A stretch of 64,000 nucleotides of DNA from Candidatus Latescibacterota bacterium (GCA_965198115.1 OZ240241.1:6720001-6784000); one strand, 5' to 3'. Counted from the stretch's first letter, positions 49,608 through 60,676 are shown. The notes: generated by a model from the sequence alone, not told the origin. Numbers and translations are program-made.

Positions 49608-51011
49608 TTACTGGGTGGTTTCGAACGGGAGGTAGAAGAGATGTCCGTTTCGCTCGACCTGAGCGACGACGGGCTCCAGTGGGCGGAGTCGACCGACGAT
49701 GTCTCGCAATTGCCCGAGACCGGTCAGCTCGATTCCGTTGATCTGGTGGATGATGTCACCGGGGATGAAGCCTTCGTTCCAAAAGGGCGCGTCGAGTGCA
49801 CGACCGGCGACGACCACGCCCGAGGGAATCCGCAGGTTCGGGAACATGGTGGCGATGCGGTCGTCGAGGTCGAGGGCGAGGATACCCAACTCGGGGATCA
49901 GGTTCTCGTCCGCACTCACAAAGTCGGTGAAACGCCCGGGGTCGTCGGCCCGGTTGACGACTTCTACGCTGACCTCGAGGGTGTCCGTTCCGCGAAGTAC
50001 GTGGACGAGGACACGTTCGCCCACGGGCTTTTGGTAGAGGTTCACGGTGAGCTGTCGACCGTTTTCCATGGGTTTGGCACCCAGAGCCAGGACGATGTCG
50101 CCCACTTTGAGGCCGGATTGCTCGGCCGTGCTGTTGGGATACACGTCGCCCAGAATCGTTCCGGTCGTGATGGGCAAGTCGAGGGCCTTGGCAAGGAGGG
50201 GGTCGATAGTCTGGGCGTAGATGCCGATTTCGCCGCGGATGACACGACCTTTGTCGCGAATCTGTTCGAACACGGTGCGGACGATGTTGCTGGGGGCCGC
50301 GAACCCGATGCCTTCGCTGCCACCGGACTGGCTGAGGATGAGGGTGTTGATTCCGATCACTCGACCCTGGACGTCGACGAGCGGACCTCCGCTGTTGCCC
50401 GGGTTGATGGGCGCGTCGGTCTGGATGTAGATCATGGGGCTTTCGGGCTCGAGCTGCCGGGCAACGGAGCTGATGACGCCCATGGTGACGGAGTTGTTGA
50501 GGCCGAGGGGACTCCCGAACGCAAACACGAGTTGGCCCTGGCTCAGTCGATCTGAATCGGCCAGTTCGAGTTCGGGCAGGTTCTGCGCGTGGATTTTGAG
50601 GAGCGCGAGGTCCGTTTCCAGGTCGATGTTGACGACCTGGGCGCCCATCAGACGTCCTCCTGTCTTCAGGATCGAGCTCTGTTCGGATAGCTGATTGGCT
50701 GAGGGTGGAAGAACGATCTGAACGCGCTGGCTGCCTTCGACGACGTGGGCGTTGGTGATGATGTAGCCGTCGGCATCGAGGATCACGCCCGACCCGGTGT
50801 TCCGTTGCTGGGCGAGCAGGTCACCCGTGCTGCGGACGATTCCGGAACTCGGTCGATAGCCGGACACCAAAATCTGTACGATGGACGGGCCGACGCGTGT
50901 GGCGAGCGTTTCGAGAGAGCGGTTGATGCGCTCCAGGTTGGGAAGGGCTTCGGTCTGAGCGACGACAGGATTGGCCGTGGCGAAAAAAGCGGTTAGGAAC
51001 CAGCGCGTCAC
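49608..51011 (-). CDS. HtrA/DegP-family serine protease with two PDZ domains
   Basis: TNAHV, DLAL, QTDAPINPGNSGG motifs and a signal-like N-terminus. Confidence 0.92.
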   Translation of the reverse strand: MTRWFLTAFFATANPVVAQTEALPNLERINRSLETLATRVGPSIVQILVSGYRPSSGIVRSTGDLLAQQRNTGSGVILDADGYIITNAHVVEGSQRVQIVLPPSANQLSEQSSILKTGGRLMGAQVVNIDLETDLALLKIHAQNLPELELADSDRLSQGQLVFAFGSPLGLNNSVTMGVISSVARQLEPESPMIYIQTDAPINPGNSGGPLVDVQGRVIGINTLILSQSGGSEGIGFAAPSNIVRTVFEQIRDKGRVIRGEIGIYAQTIDPLLAKALDLPITTGTILGDVYPNSTAEQSGLKVGDIVLALGAKPMENGRQLTVNLYQKPVGERVLVHVLRGTDTLEVSVEVVNRADDPGRFTDFVSADENLIPELGILALDLDDRIATMFPNLRIPSGVVVAGRALDAPFWNEGFIPGDIIHQINGIELTGLGQLRDIVGRLRPLEPVVAQVERNGHLFYLPFETTQ

Positions 51012-51144
51012 GCATTGATCTCCAGTCGGGTGGCCGTAGGGGAGGACGTTAAAGCTCCTCCCACCGGGTGTCAAGGCAGGGATATTCGATTTTGGATGAT
51101 GTAAGTAGGCACTTATCTTCATTCGAGTCGCAGTGGACATCATC

Positions 51145-53348
51145 ATGGATGAAACCAAAGTACATCTTCTGATCGTCGAGGACGACAGAGCTCTGAGCGC
51201 AGCGATCGCGCATTGGGCGGACCGGAGAGGACACACGGCTGAACAGGCGACCGATGTCGAAGGGTGTCGAAAGGCGCTTGCCGAAGGCACGTTCGACGTG
51301 GTTTTCGTGGATCTCCGTCTGCCCAGTGGTGCCGACGGTCTCGATCTGGCGGCCGACCTGATTGCGGAGGATCCGGAACGGCCCGTCGTGCTGATGACGG
51401 CCTACGCCGGGCTGGAGAGTGCCCAGCGTGCGGTCGGCGTCGGTATCTTCGAATACGTGACGAAGCCGATCGAATTCGACCATCTTTCCGACGTCGTCGA
51501 TCGTGCCATCGCCCACCGGCGGCGTTTGGTCGCCAACCGGGCGCGGCACGTGAAAGCGTTCGAGACGGCCAACGAGCAGCTGCGCCGGGTGGTCGAGGAT
51601 CTTAGGGAAAAAGAACGCCTTCTGGCTGCCTACGGAGAGGTTGCACGGCTGGCTCTGTCATCGATCGAATTGGACGAGATCATCGACAACGTGGGTCGGC
51701 ACATCGTGCAAGCCGGGATCTTCCGAAGCCTGATGATTGCCCTCGTGGATCAGGATTCCCAGACGGTCGAGGTTGTCCGGAGTCTGGCCAGAATCAGATC
51801 CAGGACGGGGGCGATGACCGCACGTCGACGACCTCCGTCGTGGGCGTCATTTACCGGCTCGACGATCCGAACGCGACGGCAGTGACCGCCCGCACGGGGC
51901 AGATACAGATTGTCGACCACTTCGAAGACGAGCAGGTGGCGACGACCGATCTGTATGAACCGGAATGGAAGAAGAGAGTCACGTATTTCCTACCGATCAA
52001 GGCGGGCGACCGGGTAATGACTGTCCTCGCCACAGCGAGCTCCGCCGACGAAAAGGACGTGATGATCCGGCAGATCGAAATGATGACACCCGTGCTGGAT
52101 CAATTCGCCGTCGCGCTCGATCACGCCCGGCTGTATCGAGATTCTCTCAACTATGGTGCAGCCGTTTCACGCATCAATCGGGAATTGGAACGAGAAATCG
52201 AGGAACGGAAACGTGCCGAAGAGGCGGTTGTTCGGCTGGAACGTCTGGGCGCCCTCGGCGAATTGTCAGCGGGGGTGAGCCATAACCTGAACAACATCCT
52301 GACGGGGGTCCTCGGGCCGGCGGAAATGATCGCTATGATGTCGGAGGATCCGGTCGTGCTACGCGAGGTGGGTCTGATCCAAACGTCGGCACTCCGAGCG
52401 AGGGATCTGGTTGCGCGTCTGCATCAAGCCGTTCGGGGTGAAGCCGATCATCTCGGCCCGATCAATCTGAACAAGACGATCGAGGAAGCCGTGCGGGCGG
52501 GCAGACCGAGGTGGAAGGATGAACCCGAGTCAGAGGGTCGGGAACTTCACGTGCATACGACACTGACACCGGTGCCTGACGTGGCGGCGACGGTCGTCGG
52601 GTTGCACGACATCTTGTTGAATCTGGTGTTCAACGCGGTCGACGCGCTGCCCCGCGGAGGCGACATCTGGATCGAGACAAAGCCGGGCGATCGGGGTGCG
52701 GTCGTTTCCGTTCGCGACAACGGGATCGGGATGACGGCCGACGTGCGTCGTCGGGTGTTCGACCCTTTTTTTACGACGAAGGCACACGTCGGAACGGGGT
52801 TGGGCTTGTCGACGGTCTACGGCCAGGTGACCCGATGGGGTGGGGAGATCAGCGTCGAGAGTCAGCCGGGTGAGGGCACGACTTTCACGATCGCGTTCAG
52901 ACGATGGGAGGGGGTCGCGGAAGAGGCTGCCAAAGTGGAAGACGAGGCGGTCCGCAAACGCGGGCGTATTCTTGTCGTCGAAGATGAAGAAGCCGTGCGT
53001 GAGGTCGTTTCTCGCATGCTGGCGCTTCATCACGATGTTGAGACGGCGAACAACGGCGAGGATGCCCTGGCGAGTTTCGAATCAGGAAAATTCGACGTGG
53101 CGCTGATCGATCTAGGGATGCCGGGTCTGGCCGGCGACAAGGTGGCCGAGAAGTTGAGGGATGTGGATGCATCGCTCTCGACCATTCTGATGACCGGGTG
53201 GAGCTTGTCCAAGGACGACGAGCGCTTGGCCGCTTTCGACGACCACCTGCAAAAGCCATTTACGGAGTTCAACGAACTTCTGAATGTCGTCGGACGAGCG
53301 ATCGCCACGCACGAAACACGAACGGGACAGGAGCCTTCGCAGAACTGA
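51145..53348 (+). pseudogene. hybrid histidine kinase (REC-GAF-HisKA-HATPase-REC), frameshift near 51795
   Basis: N-terminal receiver, GVSHNLNNIL, NLVFNAVDA, DNGIG, FDPFFTTK, GTGLGL and a C-terminal receiver. Confidence 0.88.
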
Positions 53349-53412
53349 CGAGCCTCAACGCGCGTCGAAGGATCGGGCCTCTCCGATTGGATCGGGGGGG
53401 CCCTCGTCGTGG

Positions 53413-54360
53413 TCAGGCGGGAAAGAGACGATGGACGGCGTCGTAGCCATCCCGGTGATTGCGTTCGATGCGGACGGTACTTCTGTTGAGGCGAGAAACG
53501 GTGGGTGTGCGCGCAGGCGTGGCGACGGCGTGGATATAAGGGGAGTGGTCGGGATTCCCGGTGTGCTCGAAGAGATGGTGGAGATCGCCGATGTAGGCCG
53601 ACGGTCGTCTGAGATAGGCGGACTCGAGTTGGGGGTTGAGGCGGCGGAGGTAGGGTCGGGCAATCCACGACTCATATCTGGGTGGGCGACAGTCGGGAAG
53701 ATCGGCGGGGCGTGACAGGAGCACGAGCAGATGCGTGCATCCATCCCGGATCGCCGTGTGATACGGGATCGACTCTACCAGTCCTCCGTCGATGTAGTGC
53801 TCGCCACGAAACGAGACGGGAGGGCCGGCTGCAACCGGAATGCGAGCCGAGGCTTTGAACGCGGTTGCCAGTTCACGGTCGTCGCTGAAGTTGCGGAGGG
53901 CGTGCGAGACGGCTTCTTCGACGTGCGTCGCGACGGCAACGAGGGGGATATCCGACGCCAGGACGTCCGGAAAGGCGAGTGGTTGCTCGTGTCGCATGAC
54001 GTGGTCGACGAGGAAATCGAGAGAAACGACGGGACGAGGGGTAACGAGGCGGCGATAGCTGATGAACCGTCGGTTGCTGATGTTGCGGAAGTAGATGCGA
54101 CTGCCTTCGGTGGCTTGTCCTGTCAGCAGATACGCGCCGTTAATTGCGCCGGCGGACGTGCCGTAGACGACGTCGAAGACGTTCCGTAAACCGAGCGATT
54201 CGAGGGCCGCGGCCATGCCGCCGGTCACGACTCCCCGCATGCCACCGCCCTCGATCACGAGGGCGAGCCGGGCATTGTCATCGCGGGATTGAGGATTGGA
54301 TGCCGAGCGCTTTCGTTCATCGATGAGGGCGAGGACGGGATGAGATCGGTCGGTCGACAC
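53413..54360 (-). CDS. patatin-like phospholipase
   Basis: EGGGMRG, GTSAG, DGG motifs. Confidence 0.92.
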   Translation of the reverse strand: MSTDRSHPVLALIDERKRSASNPQSRDDNARLALVIEGGGMRGVVTGGMAAALESLGLRNVFDVVYGTSAGAINGAYLLTGQATEGSRIYFRNISNRRFISYRRLVTPRPVVSLDFLVDHVMRHEQPLAFPDVLASDIPLVAVATHVEEAVSHALRNFSDDRELATAFKASARIPVAAGPPVSFRGEHYIDGGLVESIPYHTAIRDGCTHLLVLLSRPADLPDCRPPRYESWIARPYLRRLNPQLESAYLRRPSAYIGDLHHLFEHTGNPDHSPYIHAVATPARTPTVSRLNRSTVRIERNHRDGYDAVHRLFPA

Positions 54361-54456
54361 GGGCCCAAGATATCGGAGGGAGGGTCTCGCGTCCAGGGAT
54401 TCCCTTTGACAGGCCCACGGCCGTTTCTATCTTGCCGCGCCACGAGAAGAGATGCC

Positions 54457-55230
54457 GTGAAATCAGTTCAGCTCAAATCGGACAGGACGATCCCCACGAT
54501 CGGAATGGGAACGTGGCCGCTCAAGGGGGCCGCGTGCGTTCGCGCCATCCGTGAGGCCCTGGACATCGGCTATCGTCACCTGGATACGGCGTGGATGTAT
54601 CAGAATCAGGGTGACGTGGGGCAAGCGTTGATCGAGAGTGATGTGTCTCGCGACGATGTGTTCATCACGTCGAAAGTGTGGCGGACCCACCTTCACTACG
54701 ATGGCGTTCTCCAACAGCACGCCGAAACCCTGAGGGATCTGGATGTGTCGAGCGTGGATCTGTTCCTCGTCCACTGGCCGAATAGGACAACGCCGATGGC
54801 GGAGACCTTCCGAGCCATGTCGCGACTCTACGACGAAGGTAGCGCTCGCAGCATCGGGGTAAGCAATTTCGGTGTCGCTCAGCTCGAGGAGGCGATAGCG
54901 ACGTCGTCGGCCCCGATTTGCGTCAATCAGATCCGCTATCATCCGAAGCACCAACAGCGTGACATCCTGGTGTGGTGCCACGCACACGATGTCGCCGTGA
55001 CGGCCTATTCACCGCTCGCCAAAGGTCAGCTGGTTCCCGCCTTGAGTGAGATCGGGTCGAAGATCGGTCGTTCCCCGGCCCAGGTGACATTGCGCTGGCT
55101 GATCGAAGAAGGGCTTGTGGTGATTCCCAAAGCGAGTTCTCGTGCTCATTTGGAGGAAAACTTCGATCTGTTCGGATGGGCGTTGCCCGATGGAGCAAGG
55201 GACGAGATCCGGTCGATCGGCGATCCGTGA
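54457..55230 (+). CDS. aldo/keto reductase (DkgA/B-like)
   Basis: GYRHLDTA, TSKVW, HWP, IGVSNF, AYSPL, IPK motifs. Confidence 0.92.
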   Translation: MKSVQLKSDRTIPTIGMGTWPLKGAACVRAIREALDIGYRHLDTAWMYQNQGDVGQALIESDVSRDDVFITSKVWRTHLHYDGVLQQHAETLRDLDVSSVDLFLVHWPNRTTPMAETFRAMSRLYDEGSARSIGVSNFGVAQLEEAIATSSAPICVNQIRYHPKHQQRDILVWCHAHDVAVTAYSPLAKGQLVPALSEIGSKIGRSPAQVTLRWLIEEGLVVIPKASSRAHLEENFDLFGWALPDGARDEIRSIGDP

Positions 55231-56342
55231 TGTTCGATACGGTCGTCATCGGTGGTGGCATCATCGGTCAATCGGTGGGTTACCACCTGTCGGCGGCGGG
55301 TGGTCGGGTGGCCGTCATCGACAGGCGGGACGAGGGTCGAGCGACCGACGCGGGAGCCGGCATCATTACGCCGGGAGGCGATCCGGCGTCGCACAATCCG
55401 TGGTCACGGTTGGTCGGCGAAGCGGAAGCTTACTATCCGACGCTCGTGGCGGCGCTCGCTCGTGACGGTGCGGAGGACACGGGCTACGAGGTGTGCGGGT
55501 CGATGGTCGTCGCTGTTGACGCGGCCGAGAGGGACGCTTTCGAAGAGGCGAGCGTGGGTGTGGTGTGGGGGGATGGACGCTGCGACAAGGCCGCCGTCGT
55601 GGATCGCGCGCGTGCACGCGAGCTCTTTCCAGCGTTGGATGTGATCGAGGGAGCTCTTTACGAGCCGGCAGGTGCCCGTGTGGACGGTCGGAGACTGGCG
55701 AACGCGCTGGAGCAGTCGGGCGTGGCTCAGGGGCTCGAGGTGCGGCGCGCTTCCGTCGATCGTGTCGAGGTCGAAGGTGGGACAGCGACAGCGGTTGTCG
55801 CGGACGGTGAGGAGCTGACCACGGGCTCCGTCGTCATTGCCGGGGGGGCGTGGTCCGACGCGTTTGGCGAGCAGCTCGGGGTCCGTCTCCCGGTCGGGCC
55901 GATGCGGGGGCAGATCGCGCATCTGGATCTCGGGGAGGTGGACACGTCGGGCTGGGTCATCGTGAGCGGGTTTCGCGGACACTACCTGGTACCGTGGGAC
56001 GACAATCGCGTAGTTGCCGGTGCGACACGGGAGATGGATGCGGGTTATCGGGTAGAGACGACGGTCGAGGGGATGCTCGAGGTGTTGTCCGAAGCGATCC
56101 GCGTCGCACCCGGTCTCCGAGGAGCTCGGGTGAAGGAGTTTCGCGTCGGATTGCGGCCGGCGACGTCCGATGGGTTTCCGATCCTCGGTCCGATTCCGGG
56201 TGTGCCCAACGTCCACGTGGCGACGGGTCACGGACCGATGGGGCTCCACCTGGGACCCTACAGCGGAAAGGTTGTGGCCGATGCGATTCTCGGCGAGAGA
56301 GACGAGACTTTTGCCGTGTTTGGAGTCGAACGATTCGGTTGA
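55230..56342 (+). CDS. FAD-dependent D-amino-acid oxidase/DadA-family oxidoreductase
   Basis: GGGIIG, RGQ, GLRP, ATGHG motifs. Confidence 0.9.
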   Translation: MFDTVVIGGGIIGQSVGYHLSAAGGRVAVIDRRDEGRATDAGAGIITPGGDPASHNPWSRLVGEAEAYYPTLVAALARDGAEDTGYEVCGSMVVAVDAAERDAFEEASVGVVWGDGRCDKAAVVDRARARELFPALDVIEGALYEPAGARVDGRRLANALEQSGVAQGLEVRRASVDRVEVEGGTATAVVADGEELTTGSVVIAGGAWSDAFGEQLGVRLPVGPMRGQIAHLDLGEVDTSGWVIVSGFRGHYLVPWDDNRVVAGATREMDAGYRVETTVEGMLEVLSEAIRVAPGLRGARVKEFRVGLRPATSDGFPILGPIPGVPNVHVATGHGPMGLHLGPYSGKVVADAILGERDETFAVFGVERFG

Positions 56343-56447
56343 TGCGACGAGACAGCCACTGAGATCACTGAGGACACAGAGGTGGTGGAACAAAGTTCCA
56401 ATGACCACCGCGGTACCAAGGTCTTTGACGTAGCAAAGTGAGGTGAA

Positions 56448-57461
56448 GTGATGGAGTACCGAAAACTCGGGCGAAGTGGGGTGAAGGTTTCGGAGGTCTG
56501 TCTGGGGACGATGACGTTCGGGAAGGAGACGGACGAGGCTGAATCCAAACGGATGGTCGATCTGGCGTTGGACGCGGGTATCAATTTTGTGGACACCGCG
56601 AACTCCTACACGGATTCGCGATCGGAGGTCTTCACGGGCAAGGCCCTCAAAGGGCGACGCGACGAGGTGGTCGTGGCGACGAAGTTTTACAACCCGATGG
56701 GGAAGGGCCCGAACGATTCGGGCATGTCCCGTTACCACATCATGAATGCAATCGAAGCCAGTCTGACGCGCATGGACCTGGATCACATCGATGTCTATTA
56801 CATCCACCACGTCGATCGACAAACGCCGATCGAGGAAATGTTGCGTGCGCTCGATGACCTGGTCCATCAGGGCAAGGTGCGGTACATCGCGTGCAGCAAT
56901 TACGAAGCGTGGCGGCTGATGGAAGCGCTCTGGATCAGCGACGCCAACGGTCTGGCCAGGTTCGCCTGTTACCAACCGCAATACAGTCTGGGTTGTCGGG
57001 ACATAGAGATCGATCTGGTGCCTGCCTGCCAGTACAAGGGTGTAGGCATCGTCACCTGGGGACCGCTCGGTGGTGGATTCTTTTCCGGGAAATACAAACC
57101 GGGTGAGCGCTCTCTGGCCGGCACACGGTCTGAAGGTGGCCAGATTGGAAATCACTTCGCACCGAACGTGGATGAGACCTTGGAGGTTCTGCTGGAAGTG
57201 GCAAAAGAGGTCAACAAGAGCCCAGCCCAGACGGCCATTCGCTGGATTCTCGAACAACAGCACATCACGTCCGTGTTGCTCGGCGCTAGGACGGTCGCCC
57301 ACTTCGAAGACAACGTGCGAGCAACGACCTGGCTGATGCCGGATGAGGCGCTACAGCGGTTGAACGAGGTGTCGGCTCCCGCACCGAAGTATCCCGAACG
57401 GATGGAGAATCCGCGGGATGTGCAACGGCTGAGTGCGATCGACATGCCCTCGCTGAGCTGA
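56448..57461 (+). CDS. aldo/keto reductase (Tas/aryl-alcohol dehydrogenase-like)
   Basis: LGTMTFG, DTANSY, ATK, GKVRYIACSN motifs. Confidence 0.92.
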   Translation: MMEYRKLGRSGVKVSEVCLGTMTFGKETDEAESKRMVDLALDAGINFVDTANSYTDSRSEVFTGKALKGRRDEVVVATKFYNPMGKGPNDSGMSRYHIMNAIEASLTRMDLDHIDVYYIHHVDRQTPIEEMLRALDDLVHQGKVRYIACSNYEAWRLMEALWISDANGLARFACYQPQYSLGCRDIEIDLVPACQYKGVGIVTWGPLGGGFFSGKYKPGERSLAGTRSEGGQIGNHFAPNVDETLEVLLEVAKEVNKSPAQTAIRWILEQQHITSVLLGARTVAHFEDNVRATTWLMPDEALQRLNEVSAPAPKYPERMENPRDVQRLSAIDMPSLS

Positions 57462-57464
57462 TAG

Positions 57465-57566
57465 GTTCCAGGCAGAGCCTGGGAACCAGGAGGTCGTCTT
57501 AGCGATAGGGTCGGTATTCCCTCTGCGCGGGATCATATCCTCGTTCCCGGGCTCTGCCTGGGAACG
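57465..57566. repeat. inverted pair of REP-like palindromes (REPIN-like)
   Basis: GTTCCAGGCAGAGCCTGGGAAC and GTTCCCGGGCTCTGCCTGGGAAC in opposite orientation ~50 bp apart. Confidence 0.75.
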
Positions 57567-57643
57567 CACAAGGCAGCTCGTTTGCGCGCGTTCTGAGGCG
57601 ATCCTATATTGGCGCGCACTTTGATCACTACAAGGAGGAATCG

Positions 57644-57847
57644 ATAGCTGACATTTCCGTACAGGTTCTGGACAATGGGCCGCTGCTCGTGATGGGTGTA
57701 TTCGAGCTTCAAGACGGATCCGGCAGCGCGATGACGAAGGAAGAGGGGCGACCCGTCGCTTTGTGTCGGTGTGGCCAATCCAGCGACAAGCCCTTCTGCG
57801 ACGGGACACACAAGGAATGTGGATTCTCGTCCTCGGTGAAGGCCTGA
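57644..57847 (+). CDS. CDGSH iron-sulfur domain protein (ATA start; absent from ORF track)
   Basis: AAGGAGG RBS, then (M)[15 protein letters not shown]...[23 protein letters not shown]. Confidence 0.88.
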   Translation: MADISVQVLDNGPLLVMGVFELQDGSGSAMTKEEGRPVALCRCGQSSDKPFCDGTHKECGFSSSVKA

Positions 57848-57867
57848 CGGATCCTGATTTTAGTTCA

Positions 57868-57900
57868 CCCTCGGAAGCTCTGGTTTCCGGGGTTTTTTTT
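57868..57900 (+). terminator. intrinsic terminator after the CDGSH gene
   Basis: CCCTCGGAAGC...GTTTCCGGGG followed by T8. Confidence 0.7.
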
Positions 57901-57918
57901 GATTCGAGGAGTGCTATC

Positions 57919-58407
57919 GTGGCGACCGACAAGACAACCGACTTGCTTGATGAGAACGAAGAGAACGACGCTATCCAGGTGGTCCGTCCCGTGTTCCGTG
58001 ATTACGGTGGCCGCAAGCGGTTCAGCGGGCCTATCGAGACCGTTCGCGTGAACGAGGACAATGTATTGGTGCGAAGCACGTTGGAAGGGCCTGGAGAAGG
58101 CAGAGTGCTAGTGGTCGACGGTGGTGGATCGACGTGGTGCGCGCTGATCGGAGACATGGTGGCGCAGATTGCAGCCGACAACGGATGGTCGGGGATCATC
58201 GTTAATGGATGCATCAGGGATGCAGTCGATATTGCGAAGATCGACGTTGGACTGAAAGCACTCGCCACGTGCCCTCGACGGAGCCGGAAGGAAGGGAAAG
58301 GTGTCGTCGGTGTGGCCGTGTCGTTTGCCAGCACGACGTTTCGGCCAGGCGACTACGCCTACGCTGATGAGGACGGCATTGTCGTTTCACCGGACGCGCT
58401 TCTATGA
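57919..58407 (+). CDS. rraA: RraA-like protein / HMG aldolase
   Basis: FRDYGG, EDN, VVDGGG, ALIGD, GCIRD, DEDG motifs. Confidence 0.9.
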   Translation: MATDKTTDLLDENEENDAIQVVRPVFRDYGGRKRFSGPIETVRVNEDNVLVRSTLEGPGEGRVLVVDGGGSTWCALIGDMVAQIAADNGWSGIIVNGCIRDAVDIAKIDVGLKALATCPRRSRKEGKGVVGVAVSFASTTFRPGDYAYADEDGIVVSPDALL

Positions 58408-58414
58408 GGCATTC

Positions 58415-58768
58415 GTGGATTTCGTGACGAAGCGAGTTTACGATGACCCTGGGCCAGAGGATGGAGTTCGGATCCTCGTGGACGGTCTGTGGCCCAGGGG
58501 GATGAAGAAGGAGAAGGCGCCGATCGATCTGTGGTTAAAGGAGGTGGCTCCGAGCGCAGACGTGCGGAACGCTTTCCGCGATGCTCCTGACCGCTGGGAC
58601 ACCTTCGTCAAGGCGTATCACAAGGAGCTCGACGTCAACGAGCAGATCGTTAACCAGTTGCTCGAAGTCGCCAAGAAAGGGCGCGTGACCCTGCTCTATG
58701 CAAAGAAGGACACGGAACACAACAACGCGGTAGCCCTACAGCGCTACCTCGCATCTAGAGGGAGATGA
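58415..58768 (+). CDS. DUF488 (YeaO-like) protein
   Basis: KRVYD, RILVD.LWPRG, EVAPS, HNNA motifs. Confidence 0.88.
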   Translation: MDFVTKRVYDDPGPEDGVRILVDGLWPRGMKKEKAPIDLWLKEVAPSADVRNAFRDAPDRWDTFVKAYHKELDVNEQIVNQLLEVAKKGRVTLLYAKKDTEHNNAVALQRYLASRGR

Positions 58769-58771
58769 TCC

Positions 58772-59206
58772 ATGAATCTGTTCTTCGGCGGTGTCGCCAT
58801 TCGATCGACGTTCGGGAACATCGGACTGCTGATTCTGCGTGCGTTTTCCGGGCTGGCCCTGGCATTCGGGCACGGGATTCGAAAAATCCCCCCCTCGGAG
58901 CGATTCATCGAGGACGTCAGCAACCTGGGGTTTCCCCTGCCCACGTTGTTTGCCTGGGCGGCTGGCACGTCGGAGCTCCTCGGTGGCGTCTTTCTTGCAG
59001 CCGGATTCATGACCAGGCCGGCGGCCTTCTTCGTCGCGTTTACGATGGCCGTGGCTGCTTTCATCCGTCACGCGGCCGATCCGTTCAGCGGGAAGGAGAA
59101 GGCGATGTTGTTTCTCTGCATTGCCATCTTCTACTTCTTCGTCGGCGCCGGCCGCTTTTCGATCGATGGAGTCATCCGCAAACAAGACGATATCCTGGAG
59201 GAATGA
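58772..59206 (+). CDS. DoxX-family membrane protein
   Basis: LR...HG..K, E..GG, TR.AA, GAGRFSID motifs. Confidence 0.9.
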   Translation: MNLFFGGVAIRSTFGNIGLLILRAFSGLALAFGHGIRKIPPSERFIEDVSNLGFPLPTLFAWAAGTSELLGGVFLAAGFMTRPAAFFVAFTMAVAAFIRHAADPFSGKEKAMLFLCIAIFYFFVGAGRFSIDGVIRKQDDILEE

Positions 59207-59271
59207 GGCCGGCTATCCGGTTTTTCAAGGCCAGAGCAAGGCTGGTGTGATCAATAGAGTCGAGAAAGGAC

Positions 59272-59685
59272 ATGGACGGTGGGAGCAGCCTCTGGCTGCG
59301 AACAGCTCGCTCGCGCGGACTCTACTTCGTGCTGGCTCTTTGTCTGATCCCTATTGGACTTGGAACCCGAGCCGGTAATTCGACCGGATGGTTGAACAAT
59401 TATGGTGGAGGGGTCGTTTACGTCCTGTTCTGGTGTTTCGCTTCGAGGCTGGTATGGGTCCTGGCTCCCTCGCAACGAATCGCGTTGGGGGTCTTTGCCG
59501 CGACGTGTGGGGTCGAGTTTCTACAGCTCTGGCATCCCGCCTGGCTGGAAGTGCTCCGATCGACGACAATCGGATCGATGCTGTTTGGAAGCGTCTTCGA
59601 TCCACTCGATTTTCTTCACTCCGGTATCGCGGCTGCTGGTGGTTTTCTGATACTTCGATGGCTTGAACGTCCAAGAGGGGTCTGA
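59272..59685 (+). CDS. DUF2809-like membrane protein
   Basis: YGGG..Y, VEFLQL.H, G..F...D pattern. Confidence 0.7.
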   Translation: MDGGSSLWLRTARSRGLYFVLALCLIPIGLGTRAGNSTGWLNNYGGGVVYVLFWCFASRLVWVLAPSQRIALGVFAATCGVEFLQLWHPAWLEVLRSTTIGSMLFGSVFDPLDFLHSGIAAAGGFLILRWLERPRGV

Positions 59686-59686
59686 C

Positions 59687-60676
59687 GTGGAATATCGACA
59701 GTTGGGCACGAGTGGAATCGAGGTCAGTGTGATGGCGTTGGGATGCTGGCCCTTTGCCGGGGGCAGCACCTGGGGTGACCAGGATGATGACGTCTCTATC
59801 ACGACTGTTCACGCGGCGCTCGATGCTGGAATCACGTTCTTCGATACAGCCGAGGGTTACGGGGAAGGTCATTCGGAGCGAGTGCTGGGTGAGGGGTTGA
59901 AAGGGCGGCGTCACGAAGCGATCATTGCGACGAAAGTCAGCAGCGGGAATCTCTCCCCGGCAAAGATCCCCGATGCGTGTGAACAGAGCTTGAAGAATCT
60001 GCAGACGGATGTGATCGATCTGTATCAAATCCATTGGCCGAATCACGAGGTCCCGATCGAAGAGAGCTGGCACGCCCTCGAGAACCTAAAGACGCAGGGA
60101 AAAGTACGCGCCCTGGGTGTCTGCAACTTTGCGGTTCAGGATATGGGCGACCTGCTGCCCTACGGTCACTGTGAGACGGATCAGCTTCCTTACAACATGC
60201 TATGGAGGCCGATCGAACACGAGATCCAGCCGCTGTGCGTGGAAAATGATGTTGGCCTGATCTGTTACAGCTCCCTGGCGCAAGGTCTGTTGACGGGCCG
60301 CTACAACACGGCGGACGATGTGCCTGAAGGGCTGTCGCGATCACGTTTGTTTTCGTCCGATCGACCTCTGGCCAAACACGGCGAGGAGGGGTGCGAGCAG
60401 CTGGTGTTCGAGGCGATCCAACGTGTGCGCGAAGTAGCCGAGGGACTGGGCCACTCGATGGCGGCAGTGGCCTTTGCCTGGGTCGCCCAGCAGGCGGGAG
60501 TCACTTCACTGCTGGTCGGGTCGCGTAGCCCCGACGAGCTGGCGCTCAACCTGCCGTCGCTCGACGTACATCTCGACGACGATGTCGTTGCCACGCTGAA
60601 TGAGGCGACGCAGCCGGTGAGAGATCACCTTGGCACGAGTGCTGACATGTGGGTGACGCCATCGCGGATGCGGTAG
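59687..60676 (+). CDS. aldo/keto reductase
   Basis: FDTAEGYG, IATK, DLYQIHWP, GKVR motifs. Confidence 0.92.
   Translation: MEYRQLGTSGIEVSVMALGCWPFAGGSTWGDQDDDVSITTVHAALDAGITFFDTAEGYGEGHSERVLGEGLKGRRHEAIIATKVSSGNLSPAKIPDACEQSLKNLQTDVIDLYQIHWPNHEVPIEESWHALENLKTQGKVRALGVCNFAVQDMGDLLPYGHCETDQLPYNMLWRPIEHEIQPLCVENDVGLICYSSLAQGLLTGRYNTADDVPEGLSRSRLFSSDRPLAKHGEEGCEQLVFEAIQRVREVAEGLGHSMAAVAFAWVAQQAGVTSLLVGSRSPDELALNLPSLDVHLDDDVVATLNEATQPVRDHLGTSADMWVTPSRMR

Noticed and set aside
49605-50555. 316-aa plus-strand ORF
   Set aside because: Antisense shadow of the HtrA protease gene.
55404-57302. 632-aa minus-strand ORF
   Set aside because: Antisense shadow of two well-supported oxidoreductase genes, common in GC-rich DNA, with no recognisable motifs.
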